From Ruditapes philippinarum (lineage: Eukaryota): a stretch of 64,000 nt of DNA. The stretch is from the NCBI RefSeq assembly GCF_026571515.1, contig NW_026853737.1, positions 1 through 64,000 of the forward strand, written 5' to 3'. Every line of letters starts with the position of its first letter. Position 1 is the first letter of the stretch. Made by a program: the position numbers and the translations under genes. Below the pieces are notes generated by a model, which was not told where the DNA came from, searched no databases, and saw nothing but the letters and a program-made list of their open reading frames with translations. This document shows positions 47,652-60,268 of this stretch, piece after piece.

Positions 47652-49465
47652 TTTTAGCTCGACTATTCGAAGAATATGAGAGCTATTGTAGTCGCCCCGG
47701 CGTTGGCGTCGGCGTTTGCGTTGGTTAAAGTTTTTTGTAAAGTCAAATATCTCAATTATTATGCCCCCACAAAGTGGGAGCATATAGCATTGCACTTGTC
47801 CATCCGTCCGTACGTACGTCTGTCCGCACTCACAGGACAGTAATTATGTGGCTTTCTCTTTGATGTCATTCATTCCGTAATGCTTTTATGTGGCTATTTT
47901 CTTTTGTTTGGCTAAAAAGAACAATAGTGAGAACAATAGAGTAGCCACATAATTACTGTCCTGTGAGAACGTCCGTCCGTACGTCCGGAAATCTTGTGAA
48001 CGCAACTCCTCTTAAATCGGATGGCTGATTTTGCTTAAACTTCCAGGGATGAACAACCTTAATGTGTAGATAGTAGTTAATGTAGGAACTTTCGCTGCGA
48101 CCAAATTTAAAAGAATTATGGCCCTTTGTTTATTTTTTCATTATATACTATGTAGAAATTTTGTGAACGCATCTCCTCTTAAACCGGACGGCATATTTTG
48201 CTTTAACTTCCAGGGATGAACAATCTAAATGTGTAGATGGAAGTAAGGGAAGGAATTTTTGCTGCGACCAAATTTAACAGAATTATGGCCCTTTGTTGAT
48301 TTTTTCACTAAATACCATAACGCAACTCCTCTTAAACCGGATGGCAGATTTTAATAAAAAGTTCCACATAAAAATCTTACATACAGATATGCATGCTCTT
48401 GTTTACGAGCACATCTGCACAGTGGGGGCATCCGTGTCTTTTGGACACAGTTCTAGTTGCTTGAGATATTCAATTGAAACTTACAATACTTATTTATAGT
48501 AACAAGGTACATCAGATTGACAAGTTTGATAACTCTGCCTAATATATTGACAGAAATATGCCCCTTTTTAACTTAGAAATTTTGGTTAAAGTTTTTTGTA
48601 AAGTCAAATATCTCAATTATTGCTTGAGATATTCAATTGAAACTTACAATACTTATTTATAGTAACAATTTATATCAGATTGACAAGTTGGATAACTCTG
48701 CCTACAATATTTACAGAATTAAGCCCCTTTTTAACTTAGAAATTTTGTTAAAATTTTTTTGTCAAGTCAAATATCTCAATTATTGCTTGAGATATTCAAT
48801 TGAAATTACAATACATGTTTATAGTAACAATGTTCATCAGTTTGCAAAATTGCATAACTCTGCCTGCAATTATTTGCCCCTTTAAAACTTAGAAATTTTG
48901 GTTAAAGGTTAAAGGTCTTCAAAGATATTTACTTGAAACTTTACACATGTACTTAGGGTCATAATTTGAGGGTCATAATTGTATCTCACTGACCAAGTTC
49001 CATAACTCTATCTTGCATTTAGGCTGATTCATCTCCCCTTTTCTACTTAGTCTCTTGGTTAATGTTTACATGCAAGCTTTACATATCTCAATAACTATTA
49101 AAGATATTTTTTAAAACTTCACATATGCATTTAGGGTCATAATTGTAGGTCACTGACCAAGATCCATAATTCTACCTTGCATTTAGGCTGATTTTTTCTC
49201 CCCTTTTTCAACTTAGAAATTCATGGTAAAGTTTTTCTTGTAAGCTGTTATCTCCTTAACTACAGAAGGGTTTGTGCCTTTTTTTGGGGACAATTTTATG
49301 CATTCATAATAATAAAGCAGTGATTTACTTGATAACAAGCCTTTGTACCTTTTCGGTCAATTTTATGTATTCATAGGTAATTACCATTATTATACACAAT
49401 AAAACACACCCTTGTGACAACTTTTTCAATAGTCGAGCCAATACTGTCCTCCGACAGTTCTTGTT
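47652..49465 (+). mobile_element. HINE-like element with nested HINE (47761-48458) and nested MITE (47829-47967)
   Basis: Outer: ttttagctcgactattcg...aatagtcgagc...gacagttcttgtt. Inner: atgcccccac...gtgggggcat...ttctagtt. Innermost: 25-bp perfect TIR ctcacaggacagtaattatgtggct. Confidence 0.82.
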
Positions 49466-49775
49466 TGGATATTATTATTACACATGTGTAATTATATAGT
49501 TGTATTGCATTACTTGATATTAATGTTTCCAGGTTACAGAATCAAGTGTGAACAATATGGAACAGTCAGTTGAACCACACAATGACTACTTCAGCCTCAG
49601 TTTTATACTTCGTTTCCCGCTAGTTGGCATTCATTCAGTAAGCATAGAAGCGGCCATTACTGACACAGAGGGAGTCACCTTCAAGTAAACCTTCAAGTCA
49701 AGTCTTATGATGATGCTTTACAAAGGCAACAACAGAAACTCTCACAACGACCAAGTTACAGTCAGCTGCTGACAT

Positions 49776-50125
49776 AGAGGATATTGAATGAGTGTAAGTT
49801 CAATACTGAATTTATTACACGAGTTGAATAAAAATTATATTATGAGAGCCTCTGGCGAGCATAATATTATTTTATTCAACGAGTGTAATAAATTCAGTAA
49901 TGAACTTACACGAATTTAATATTCTTTTTATCACATACCCAAAATAAAGACCGTTTAAAGTGAAATAAGAGTCATTTTTCATTGACGCGCCTATAGTATA
50001 ATGCTAACATTTAGCGCGTCTTTACACTATGTTTGTATAACGCTAATGACGTCACGTCAAAATATATGCACGGCCGTGCAATACCATTTTTACGGAGTCG
50101 CAAAATCGGCACGGGTGTGTGATAA
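49776..50125 (+). mobile_element. Non-autonomous hairpin-rich element inserted at the end of the INTS7 pseudo-exon
   Basis: Interrupts gctgacAT|cttaat with AT duplicated; long internal palindrome; reverse copy at 2946-3232. Confidence 0.78.
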
Positions 50126-50197
50126 ATCTTAATATTACATACTATGACATTATTTTCACAGCTTCAATTAACCAATTTTTAAAATGTTGTAATATAT

Positions 50198-53100
50198 CGT
50201 CGGTGGGCTTCGAAAAGGCCCTATCTCAATTTTTGCGAAAATCGTTTTAGGTCATTTTCTTGGCAAACAAACCGAGGCGCGCATTGTGCGAAAACACCCG
50301 TTTAGATAGCCAATCGGAAAGTGAATTTATTGCCATGTGAGAAAAAGACGTATAATTTTTGGATGAAAAATTTGTTCCGCGAAAATGCCCGATAATTTTT
50401 AGGAGTGAAAATAGAAAGTAAAAACGGAGAAAACTCGGATTTTCTTATGAAAGTTTCAAAGATCAGGTATGCTTTTTCTTTTTGACAGTGGAAATAATGA
50501 TGTGTTTCGTATGGTATGTAGTTATATGATAAATAAAATCATCAATACATTGGGCAATGGGGATTTCACATACAACGCTTGTCGGCTAGGTTAAATTTTA
50601 TTCCAAGAAAACTATTTTTAACTTGTTTTTCTTAAACCTTAGATTTTAGTTTCATTCTTTACACCAAAATGTATCAAACTGATAAATCTGAGCTACATTA
50701 AAGCTGTTAAAATAACTTTTATAAGTAATAGGGCATTTTCGCATGCTAATTTTTTGGTAAGGTTTGTCTTATAAGGCATTTTCTTATATATTTTGTAAGA
50801 CAATATTTATGTTCCTTATTTTCATACATCACTTTTATTTATATTTTCAGCATGTTTAAAGATTACAATCACACCCAAGACTGGTAGACATTTATTTTCT
50901 CGGAGAAATAACATATAGTGTTCTTTAAAAAGATAATATTTACATAAATAAATATGCAACTACTTGTAAATTTAAATAAATAAATAAATAAATAAATATT
51001 TAATTGTCTTAATACCACATAAATTTGCATTTATTTATTTTGTAAGGATTCTCATTAAGATTATAATTAAGAGTTATTTAAAGACCAGGCACGTACTGAT
51101 ATTCATCAGACTTAACTGGGATGTTATGTAAGATGGTTGCTACGTTCATTTTATAATCATTAAATTGTTTTCTACCATTTCACGTTATTACAGGTGTCTG
51201 ATGACCACTATCTTGATAAATGTTCAATATTTCAATTTTGAATTATTGGACTATTTGATTTGTAACAACTGCAAAGTGTCAATGACAATAACATGTAATC
51301 TATTTACAAAAGATGAGAACAACTTCTGCCAGAAATCCTTTTTTTGAAAGACTTCAGTGATCTCGTATGGCTTAAACCGTAGGGAAAGGGCTTGCGGTTT
51401 TATCTAACGTGTCTGTTTGACTTCAGTCTAAATGCGACTGAGAAGGACATTTGACTACACTATTTCTTCTTTCAAAGTCCAGTAAATGGCCAAGGTCGTC
51501 AATCTACTGTAAACTCATTTGAAAAAGAGAAACCGGAACATTATGTGAACAATGCAAAAAGTATTATGGTTTTCTTTAAAAAAATTCTTGGAGAACATCT
51601 TGACTGAAGACAATAAAGTAAAAGAAATAGTGATATAGATTTACAGGTGTTGCTACCAATACCAAAAAGTGACACTTGGAAATTCTTAGTAAAGACTTGC
51701 AAATATAACACAGAAGCTTATACAATAAGGCCAGGCTCAGATGGAGGTGGGCGTAGTTTATAGTCAAATTGAACGGAAACTTAAAATCACACTTATATAT
51801 TATCTTGTTAACTATGTTTGTTTGATTGGGTTTTATGTCACACCGACACAGTATAGGTCATATATGGTGACGTCCCAGCTTTACTGATTGAAGAAGACTT
51901 CAGTTGCCATTCCGTTCATTATTTCAGGCACGAACGGGTACCTAAATAGAACCACAGACGTTCCTTAAGCTAGCTGGATAGCTTCCTCACATGAAATAAT
52001 CCAAAGTCTCTGTCAGGATTCGAACCCATAGTGGTGAGGGAAAGTGCTTTGAAAACAACGGCCACGGATGCTCAATGTTTTAAAACTGCTCGCCCGAGTT
52101 ACCTATATTAGGTTAAATAACAATAGGCATGATTCTTGAAGAACATTACGATATCGTATGAAACCATTAGACAGGGAAATACTTGTTAGAACAATATGAC
52201 TTGGTGCTTTTGATGTGACACTTCTAGTGTTTGCTTAATACTTTTTTGTATGTCATGTAGCAGCATATTAATAACATGACTGTTTATTATATAGAGAGTT
52301 ATGATGAGAAAAATGCTAAATGCTTATTTTACGAAATGTTTTGTTTTTAATTGACAGTATATATCCAGATTCATGGTTATTTTCACTAAAATTTTGAAAT
52401 GTTTTTGAAATGTTAAAATACTGTGAAGTTAACAACAACAAAATGAAACAAAGTTCAAACAGCACTTTACATATCAAATAGAAAACAAAATATGAAAAGG
52501 TAGCACCTACCGTGTTAGTCATGCAATAAAATTTTGTAATAAAAATGTAAAACAGTAATTACTCGACCAAAAAAAATGTAAATTTTTACTTAAATCATTA
52601 TACTTTCCTTCAAATTGTTTTACATTTTTTTAAAATGTTTTGCTTATCTGAAGGCATGAAGCTCTTAGAACTTAAGAACTTGGTATTAGGATTGATGTTT
52701 TTTATCTATATGGTAAATAATAGAAAAGGTAATATTGGTTGTTTGGGCAGTATACTTTTATTGGTGAAGCCAAATTGACTACATATTAAAAGGTTTTATG
52801 TTTCGGAATGTTTGTAGTTTTTTGTTTCATTTTTTAATATTTCCTGTCGTCTTAAAACATAATAACACTTTATTCCCAAAATCCTTGAATTTCTTTAGGA
52901 ACATTGATGAATAGTACTGGTAAATGTGTCTCGTAATGCCATTATGAACCTAACAAGAGTATGTTAACGTGTGCGAAAGGGCCTTATAAGGCCACTTGAG
53001 ACCCCTATTTGGCCATTTTTGCCATGTGAAAAGGACGTATGGGCATTTATTATGAAACAGTAGGGTTTATCATAACCAAATTAAATGTATTTAAAATGAA

Positions 53101-53227
53101 TTTAAATGTTCATTTTTATCTGTTAATTTCATTTCTGTATGTGTTTCCATGCCAAAACTAAACGGTTTTTTCCATCTCCTGAAAAGTAGCACTTTTGCAG
53201 ATAAGGCCTTTTCGAAGCCCACCGACG
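50198..53227. mobile_element. TIR DNA transposon with ATAT TSD (Sola1-like), decayed
   Basis: 29-bp TIRs cgtcggtgggcttcgaaaaggcc(c/t)tatct. ATAT at 50194-97 and 53228-31. Empty site in the INTS7 3' UTR (gttgtaatATATgttt, ~19860). PKSDT-like remnant near 51663. Confidence 0.8.
51816..52070 (-). mobile_element. tRNA-derived SINE nested in the Sola-like element
   Basis: Reverse complement of the 12305 family (cattatttcaggcac, ctggatagcttcctcacatga, ggattcgaaccc). Confidence 0.82.
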
Positions 53228-54282
53228 ATATGTTCAAAGGTGAAGTCTATAGTCTGTTTCTAAATTCACAACATGACGAGCAGTGACTGTGTATGATGAA
53301 GTTTATAACTTCAAATGTGTTTGTTATTGTAATATTAAAGGAATCGTAGTCTTTACGATGTTAATTTTTGACCACAAGATTTAACAGAAGAAAAACATCC
53401 TGAGTGAAAAATGGCTGTTTCTTACTTGGATGTACATACCATTTTTTTTTTTAAAAGAAGAAAATATCTATCTCAAGCTAACAGCTTTGTTTATTGTTAA
53501 TCAAGATTGAAATGAATACCATCATGAATAAAACAAGTGCAAGTGTTATGTTATTTTATTAAGCCATGTTAACTCTTTCATTTTTGGCAGCATGCATCTC
53601 AAATTCAGGTAAATCAAATCTTCATATGAAAAAGAATGCATGATTAAATTTGATAGTACCTGGCAAGACTTAAACAAAAACAAATATTCAAAGATATTAA
53701 ATGTAACACACTATTTTTATTGATGACTCATCCATTTTGAAGTATTTCTATAACATAACAAGATTAAAAGCAGACATTATATATTCCAGTAAACAAAGTG
53801 GTAGAGATTGAAGAGTTTTCTCTCGTTTGGCTCACGAGAAAAAAAAGTCAATAAAGTAATTAAAGTCTTAAGGTTAAGGGGCCTGACTTTGACAGTCAAA
53901 AAAATAAGAACAAACTATATAGATAGAAGGTTCAAATCAGGCTATGAATATCAAAGTGATATATTCAAAGTAAGAATTTAATATACAAAACTTTGTCTAA
54001 ATAGATTTTGACTGAAGACAAGTCCACTTTTCTCGGCTTATGCATAATCTTTCTTGGTTGCCATTCTAAAATCATTTGCTGTATACTTGTTCATAAATTG
54101 TGTGATTAAGATAACATAAAAATCTCAAAATTCTGACATTCCATATAAGCTAATAAAAACTTTTTTTGATAATGGTACATAATTGTAATATAATAATGGC
54201 TTTCTTTACATGTGTCAAAGAATTTGCCAATTTTAAATCATCTGCTTACTGCAAATATACATGTTTTACCAATTATAATATG

Positions 54283-56125
54283 AAACAAGAAACATGGCAA
54301 TGCCACGAAACGAGGTTTTCAATTATCACCATTGTAGATACCTAATATGTTGTAGTTGAAATACAAGCAACAAGCATAACTATGTGCTATATAAATCATG
54401 AATAATGAATTTTCTATTTTTAGCAACTGTAACCTTGACCCTAGGGGGCTAAAAAGCCATCCTAAGTGAGGTCTTTATAAAAACTTGCTTTACACCAAGA
54501 TATCTTATTCCAAACTAGTTATTGACTGGAAACCTTTTTCCTATTTTTAGCTCACCTGTCACAAAGTGACAGGGTGAGCTTTTGTGATCGCTTTTTGTCC
54601 GGCGTCCGTCCGTCAACTTTTACTTTAAATGACATCTCCTCATAAACCACAAAGCCAATTTCATCAAAACTTCACAGGAATGTTCCTTTGGTGGTCACCT
54701 TTAAAAATTGTTCAAAGAATTTAATTCCATGCAGAACTCTGGTTGCCTAGGCAACCGAAAGAAAAAACTTGAAATATCTTCTTTTAAAAAACCCTAAGAG
54801 CTAGAGCTTAGATATTTGGCATGAAACATCTTCTAGTGAGTGTCTACCAAGTTTGTTCAAATAAAAGCTCAGGGGTCAAAATTGGCCCTGCCCCGGGGGT
54901 CATTGATTTTCCTTATATGTGTATAACAAAAACTTAAAAAATCTTCTTTGAAAAAACCTAAATAGCTAGAGTTTAGATATTAAGCATGAAACATCTTCAA
55001 GTAAGTGTCTACAAAGTTTGTTCAAATAAAAGCCCTGGGGTCAAAATTGGCCCCGCCTCTGGGGTCATTTATTTTCCTTATATGTCTATTGCAAAAACTT
55101 AAAAATCTTCTTTGAAAAATCCCAAATAGCTAGAGTTTAGATATTAAGCATGAAACATCTTCTAGTAAGTGTATACAAAGTTAAAAAACTTCTTTTAAAT
55201 AACCCAATGAGCTAGAGCTTAGATGTTTAGCAAGAAACATCTTCTTATGGGTGTCTACCAAGTTTGTCCAAATAAAAGCCCTTGGGTTAAAATTGGCCCT
55301 GCCAGGGGGGGGGGGCTATATACAGGTGAGCGACCTCAGGGCCATCATGGCCCTTTTGTTAGTAACAGTGACCTGACTAGAAACAGATATTCTATTTTTA
55401 GCAACATTGACCTTGACTCTACAGGACCTAAAAGCACAAAAGCAGGCAGAATGAGCTGGCAGGCATGCAGCAACCTACATGAAGATAGTTTCTGTTTTAT
55501 AACTAAATTAAGTTTGTTGTGATTAAAAGGGTATATTACACTAATAATTAAATTTTATGGAAAAAAACAAAGGGCCATAATAAGGTAAAAACTTATCCAA
55601 TCACAAAACCCCGACAATATGCATCAGAGCACTTGAAGACAAAGCTAATCTGTGAAAGTTTAAACAAAATCCCTTGAGAAATGTAGGAGTTGCGCAACAG
55701 AACAAATTGTTCACTACATACTCTATATAAGGAAAAAAAACAAAGGGCCATAATTAGGTAAAAAATTATCCAATCACAAAACCCCAACAATATGCATCAG
55801 GACACTTGATGACAAAGCTTCTGTGAAAGTTTAAACAAAATCCTTTGAGAAATTTAGGAGGAGTTGCGCACAAAAGAAATTGTTCACTATATATTCTATA
55901 TAAGGAAAAAAAACAAAGGGCCATAATTAGGTCAAATATTATCCAATCACAAAACCCTGACAATCTGCACCAGGGCACTTGATGACAAAGCTTCTGTGAA
56001 AGTTTGGTCAAAATCCGTTGAGAAATGTAGGAGGAGTTGCGCACAGAAAAAAATGTTTACGCCCGTCCGCCCGCCGACATACCTCAATCTAATAACCAGT
56101 GTTTTCCTTCGGAAAACCTGTTTAA
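54283..56125 (-). mobile_element. HINE-like element in the cGLR-3 3' flank, interrupted by 54549-55360
   Basis: Paralogue of 20928-21925. Confidence 0.8.
54549..55360 (+). mobile_element. HINE-like element (15471 family), specific to unit 3
   Basis: Inserted in cctattttt|agtaacag; empty sites at ~21200 and ~27570. Confidence 0.85.
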
Positions 56126-56226
56126 TGATAGTGAGCTAAATACTGTAGAAATCTAGAGAAAGAATATACATGTTACTATAACTCGTGAACAGTTAGTCTT
56201 ATATCAGCAAATGTATTTCGTTTGCA

Positions 56227-58305
56227 TTATAATATTCTGGCGAGTAGTTTGCATATATGCCATTTTGCAGCATTGTTCTTTTTTCTTACTAGAAGTGAAG
56301 ACAGGTAACATTTTAAAGCTTCTTGATGACAAAGTTGATCTTCATAACATTGTCCAAGTAAATTTAGAGCTGTTTCTTTGTGACAAAGAATTGCGTTTCC
56401 TGTGCAAGTATATGTAAGTTTGGCCAAAGCTAGTCTTTTTTCTTTTGTTCTCTTTTGATGTCTATATACTTTGTATTTTAGGAAATACAAGAAAGGGAGA
56501 GAATCAACCACCGATAAGTCCATCCACATTTCATCTAGCTCGTCTCTGTGCTGCATATCATCTTTACTAGATCTGAACATTTCATATTGTAGTTCATGGG
56601 GAATACAGTTAAATTCACTTTTATGGAAACGTACACAATACCCTATAAATGGCTGGATTTCAGTAACATCTTTATAACACAATGCCATGAGTTCTCTTGT
56701 AAATACATGTGGATGTGGATAGCATAGACAGAATGGGTTTATAAAAGCTGTTCTCTTAAATTCCACACCACTTTCAATATGCCTTAGAATGTCTCCACAT
56801 TCTTCCAAATTTTCTGAGCAATAATATGTAGAGGCTAGTTTAAGTGTTGTAGAAACACTATTGTATGGATATTGTATAAAATAACTTAAAGCCTCATGTG
56901 AAACAGGGTTAAATTGTCCAATGTTGGACGAGGCCAACACAGATCCTAATGTTGCGTAAATCTCGGGTAAAAGAAACGTGCACGCTTTCTTTTCTAATTC
57001 GCTACCCTTTTCACTAACCTTGTTCAGTTTTTGAATATATGTTGTTACTGTTTCTCTGTTTTCCATTGACAGAGCTTTATACTTTTGTATAACATTAGCA
57101 AAGAACCAAATATTTAGGTTGAAGCATATATACTCACTGATTTCTTTTTGAGACTGAACGCTAGAATCAATCATCATACCAATCATTTTCAGTTTTATCT
57201 TTAATCTTTTACCAAGATTGTCAATTTCAATACCGAATAATCCAAGTCTGTATGTGCATAGTAGATTATTAAGTGTGCTAATCAGGTCAAGCTGTTCCTC
57301 GCCCGTGAACTGACCTGCCATCAAATTATTTTCAGTAATAATGAAATGTGGACATTTTTGACTTAATAAGAAGAACCGTAGTTGTAGCAGACAGACATAC
57401 ACACATATATATAAATTATTTTCTCTCCACATTCCGGGCTCTGACCTTTCTATGCAATGAAATAATGTTGTTTTGCACATAAAACTTGAAATTTTAGTGT
57501 CCCCGTTAGATAAGAAATATGTTTTTGCAATCATTTTCAATAAAACGTAACAGCGTAATTGGGTAATGTTCAAACTAAACATTAAACACCTCTCTGCAAT
57601 TGAAGTTGATATTCTCCATTCAATTTCCGGATCTATGCTGATCTTACTTCCAACCGGAACTAAGAAAAATCCCTTACTTACACATTCTTTTTTCATTTCT
57701 TGTGTTGGCCATCTACCCAATCCTTGTCGCTGTAGCCAATCACATGCTGAACGTGGCCATGAAAAACAAGGATAAGCAATTACAGCATCCATATCATCAG
57801 TTCTATGTTCTCCTTGTGTGCTTATTGCGGGTCCATGTATTGCTGCTCCGATCAAACATTTCAAACTAACAGCATCGTGATGTTTTGTATTTTTCAAAAC
57901 CAAATTCTCTAGATAATCATTACCTTCACCAGTCTTTGCTTGACTGGATTCGATTACCTGGAGATAACAGTATCCTTTAGTTGTATTATCATCTGTGGCT
58001 ATAAGATAGTTGTGCTTGCCATTTTGAAAGTCACCAATATCCTGTATCACATTATACGCATTATCGCAACTTAGTATATCAAAATCAGATTGAAGTCCTT
58101 TTGTAACAGACCCTTCACTTTGACTACCTAAAAAATATGTGTTGACATCGTCTCCCTTTAACCCGTCTATTAAAGATAGAATTTTCTCATTCAGCATAAA
58201 TGTATGTCTTCTCCTCATCACCAATTTCTCGTTTACACCAATATCGTCCATAACTTGAGATAATTTTGAAGATATGTTATAATCATATTTAGTTTTGCTT
58301 AACAT
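56227..58305 (-). CDS. cGLR copy 3: Mab-21/cGAS-like nucleotidyltransferase with TPR-like region, 692 aa
   Basis: FLGSQSEG...SDFDIL, DDMDAVIA, EWRISTSIAE, TPR-like C-terminus. ATG at 58305 follows the acceptor tttcag|A. Confidence 0.92.
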   Translation of the reverse strand: MLSKTKYDYNISSKLSQVMDDIGVNEKLVMRRRHTFMLNEKILSLIDGLKGDDVNTYFLGSQSEGSVTKGLQSDFDILSCDNAYNVIQDIGDFQNGKHNYLIATDDNTTKGYCYLQVIESSQAKTGEGNDYLENLVLKNTKHHDAVSLKCLIGAAIHGPAISTQGEHRTDDMDAVIAYPCFSWPRSACDWLQRQGLGRWPTQEMKKECVSKGFFLVPVGSKISIDPEIEWRISTSIAERCLMFSLNITQLRCYVLLKMIAKTYFLSNGDTKISSFMCKTTLFHCIERSEPGMWRENNLYICVYVCLLQLRFFLLSQKCPHFIITENNLMAGQFTGEEQLDLISTLNNLLCTYRLGLFGIEIDNLGKRLKIKLKMIGMMIDSSVQSQKEISEYICFNLNIWFFANVIQKYKALSMENRETVTTYIQKLNKVSEKGSELEKKACTFLLPEIYATLGSVLASSNIGQFNPVSHEALSYFIQYPYNSVSTTLKLASTYYCSENLEECGDILRHIESGVEFKRTAFINPFCLCYPHPHVFTRELMALCYKDVTEIQPFIGYCVRFHKSEFNCIPHELQYEMFRSSKDDMQHRDELDEMWMDLSVVDSLPFLYFLKYKVYRHQKRTKEKRLALAKLTYTCTGNAILCHKETALNLLGQCYEDQLCHQEALKCYLSSLLVRKKNNAAKWHICKLLARIL

Positions 58306-60091
58306 TCTGAAATAAAACAAGAAGTATTCTGAAATAAAACAAGAAGTATTTTTCATAAAAGATACTCGGCCGAAGTAAAACAGGTTAACATGTAAAATTA
58401 TGTTATTTCTAAGTTTTCAATACAAAAGAAATTTTAGCGATACTTGCATAACAATGACATCATAATTATTTCTTGTAGCTAAGATAATACTCATTTTGTA
58501 AACATTGAAATTAAATTATAGCATATTGATATCGATGATTTTAAAAAGTACATTTGTAGGATAACTTCTGTCTTAAGGATCCCCTTTACGTTATACATTT
58601 GACTTTATAAATTTTGTAATCATTAACAAAGAATTATCCTTTATAATTGATTTTTACTGTGGCAAAAACTATCCTTAACATTTTACTTTAGAGCTATCCT
58701 TATAATCTTCTTTTAGAACTGTAAGAACTATCCTTTATATTTTATTTTAGAATGGTTAAAACTATCATTTTATTTTATAATTACTAATGAGATTCACCGA
58801 TTCCAGTTTGTAATTTTATCATGACCAATGAAAATTCTTTCATTATTCAGTCCTTCCCTGTTTATTTTACAAGAAGTCAAACTGATAACAGATGGACTTC
58901 GTCCAAAAAAAACGTGATAGTGTGGTTAAGCGTTTGTATATATTTGCGCAATCAACACAATGACACTCCATCAACCACCCCACATTAGTGTTTTTTGGGG
59001 CAATTGTACCCCCATCGAATGAAACATGCTATTGAATATTTCCCTACCCGATATGTCCCTAAAGAATAATTACCCGAAAATCCCCCCCCCTTTTCTTCTC
59101 ATTCAGTTGTGTGTTATTATCTTAACATTACACTTTATAATCCGCATTTCCGTCTTTTGAAGGATATAAACCCAAGAACTTGAAATCTTGTTGTGTGTCA
59201 TATATCGTGTAATGTCACAGTGTAGCCAAATGTAAAACAAATGCTGTACATGAGAGAGCATGTTTAAATGTTGTTTGAATAGAAAAGAGTGGTCTTTAAA
59301 CAGAGACATGGTTCTGTCAAAATCTATAATATGGATGTGTACTTTTCTTACCTAAAATAGGCGTGAAAATCTTATAAAAAGTTCTAATAAGGTTCATTAA
59401 AAAAGTAGATGTTACAAATCAACTGAAATTTTAGCGAAAGAAAACATTTCTGTTTTTATGCATCATATTACGAGTATGAATTAATTGTTATTTAAAAAAT
59501 AAGGTCTTTTAAATAACTATTATTTTTACAATTATTGTCAGGAAATTTTATGACTAAAAAGTTTTGCGTGTTACTTTAAATAAAGGCATTTGAGAGAGGG
59601 TAAAAATCTTTTACAAGTTTACTTTGTTTCTGCCCTGAGAGCCATGAAACGACTGTAAATAATTCAGATACCTATATAGGACTTTCCATAATTCTTAAGA
59701 CAAAGAGCTTCCATAAATATTGTCAATTGACTGGTAGTGTATCAAACAATGTGATTAAGGATGAATCATTTTTTACCTTGACCATATTCGAAGCAAAATA
59801 AGCTGTCATATAACAATTTAAAGCAAAACATTTTATGTAAATTTTATGTAATTTATCACATGACTAAAGAAATTTATCACTTAAACTAAAGAAAGATAAA
59901 GTTAATATTTCTATATAAGCTGTCAAATTTAATTCAACTCATATGACGTGACTGTAATCGCAAACAGAATTAGGATGCAAGTATTTCAAGTGCGCTTAAA
60001 AGTTATTTGATTTCATATGATATGTAAAATGTTTAATAGTCGTCTGGCCCGCGGTCACCCTTGTATTACACGGGGCCTGAATTCCTCTCAC

Positions 60092-60250
60092 CTTATATCG
60101 ATCGTTAGCCTTATTTTCCAAAAAAAAAAACTATCTACATGTATTAATCCTACGAATTTTTGTTTAAACTTTTTTTAGGCCTATTCCATAAAATGGTCAC
60201 TTTTCGTACTGTCCACTTGGTTTATATCGAATTTACACAAAGGATAATAC
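60092..60250 (-). promoter_or_regulatory. Putative non-coding first exon and promoter of cGLR-3
   Basis: Donor AG|GTGAGA at 60092/60091; conserved blocks shared with 37696-37850. Confidence 0.55.
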
Positions 60251-60268
60251 CCTACTGTTAACCATAGT

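Larger units (their letters stand above)
45808..49775 (+). pseudogene. INTS7: Partial INTS7 duplicate (last two exons), inactivated
   Basis: Exon j copy at 46025-46207 has lost its donor. Last-exon copy at 49533-49775 has a deletion and frameshift (GTC ACC TTC AAG TAA) and an insertion just before the stop. Intron homology to 14780-15475. Confidence 0.92.

Noticed and set aside
58630-58780. Repeated (a)ctatcctt as U12 splice sites
   Set aside because: They are on the non-coding strand, lack the RT start, and lie in a copy-specific AT-rich insertion.
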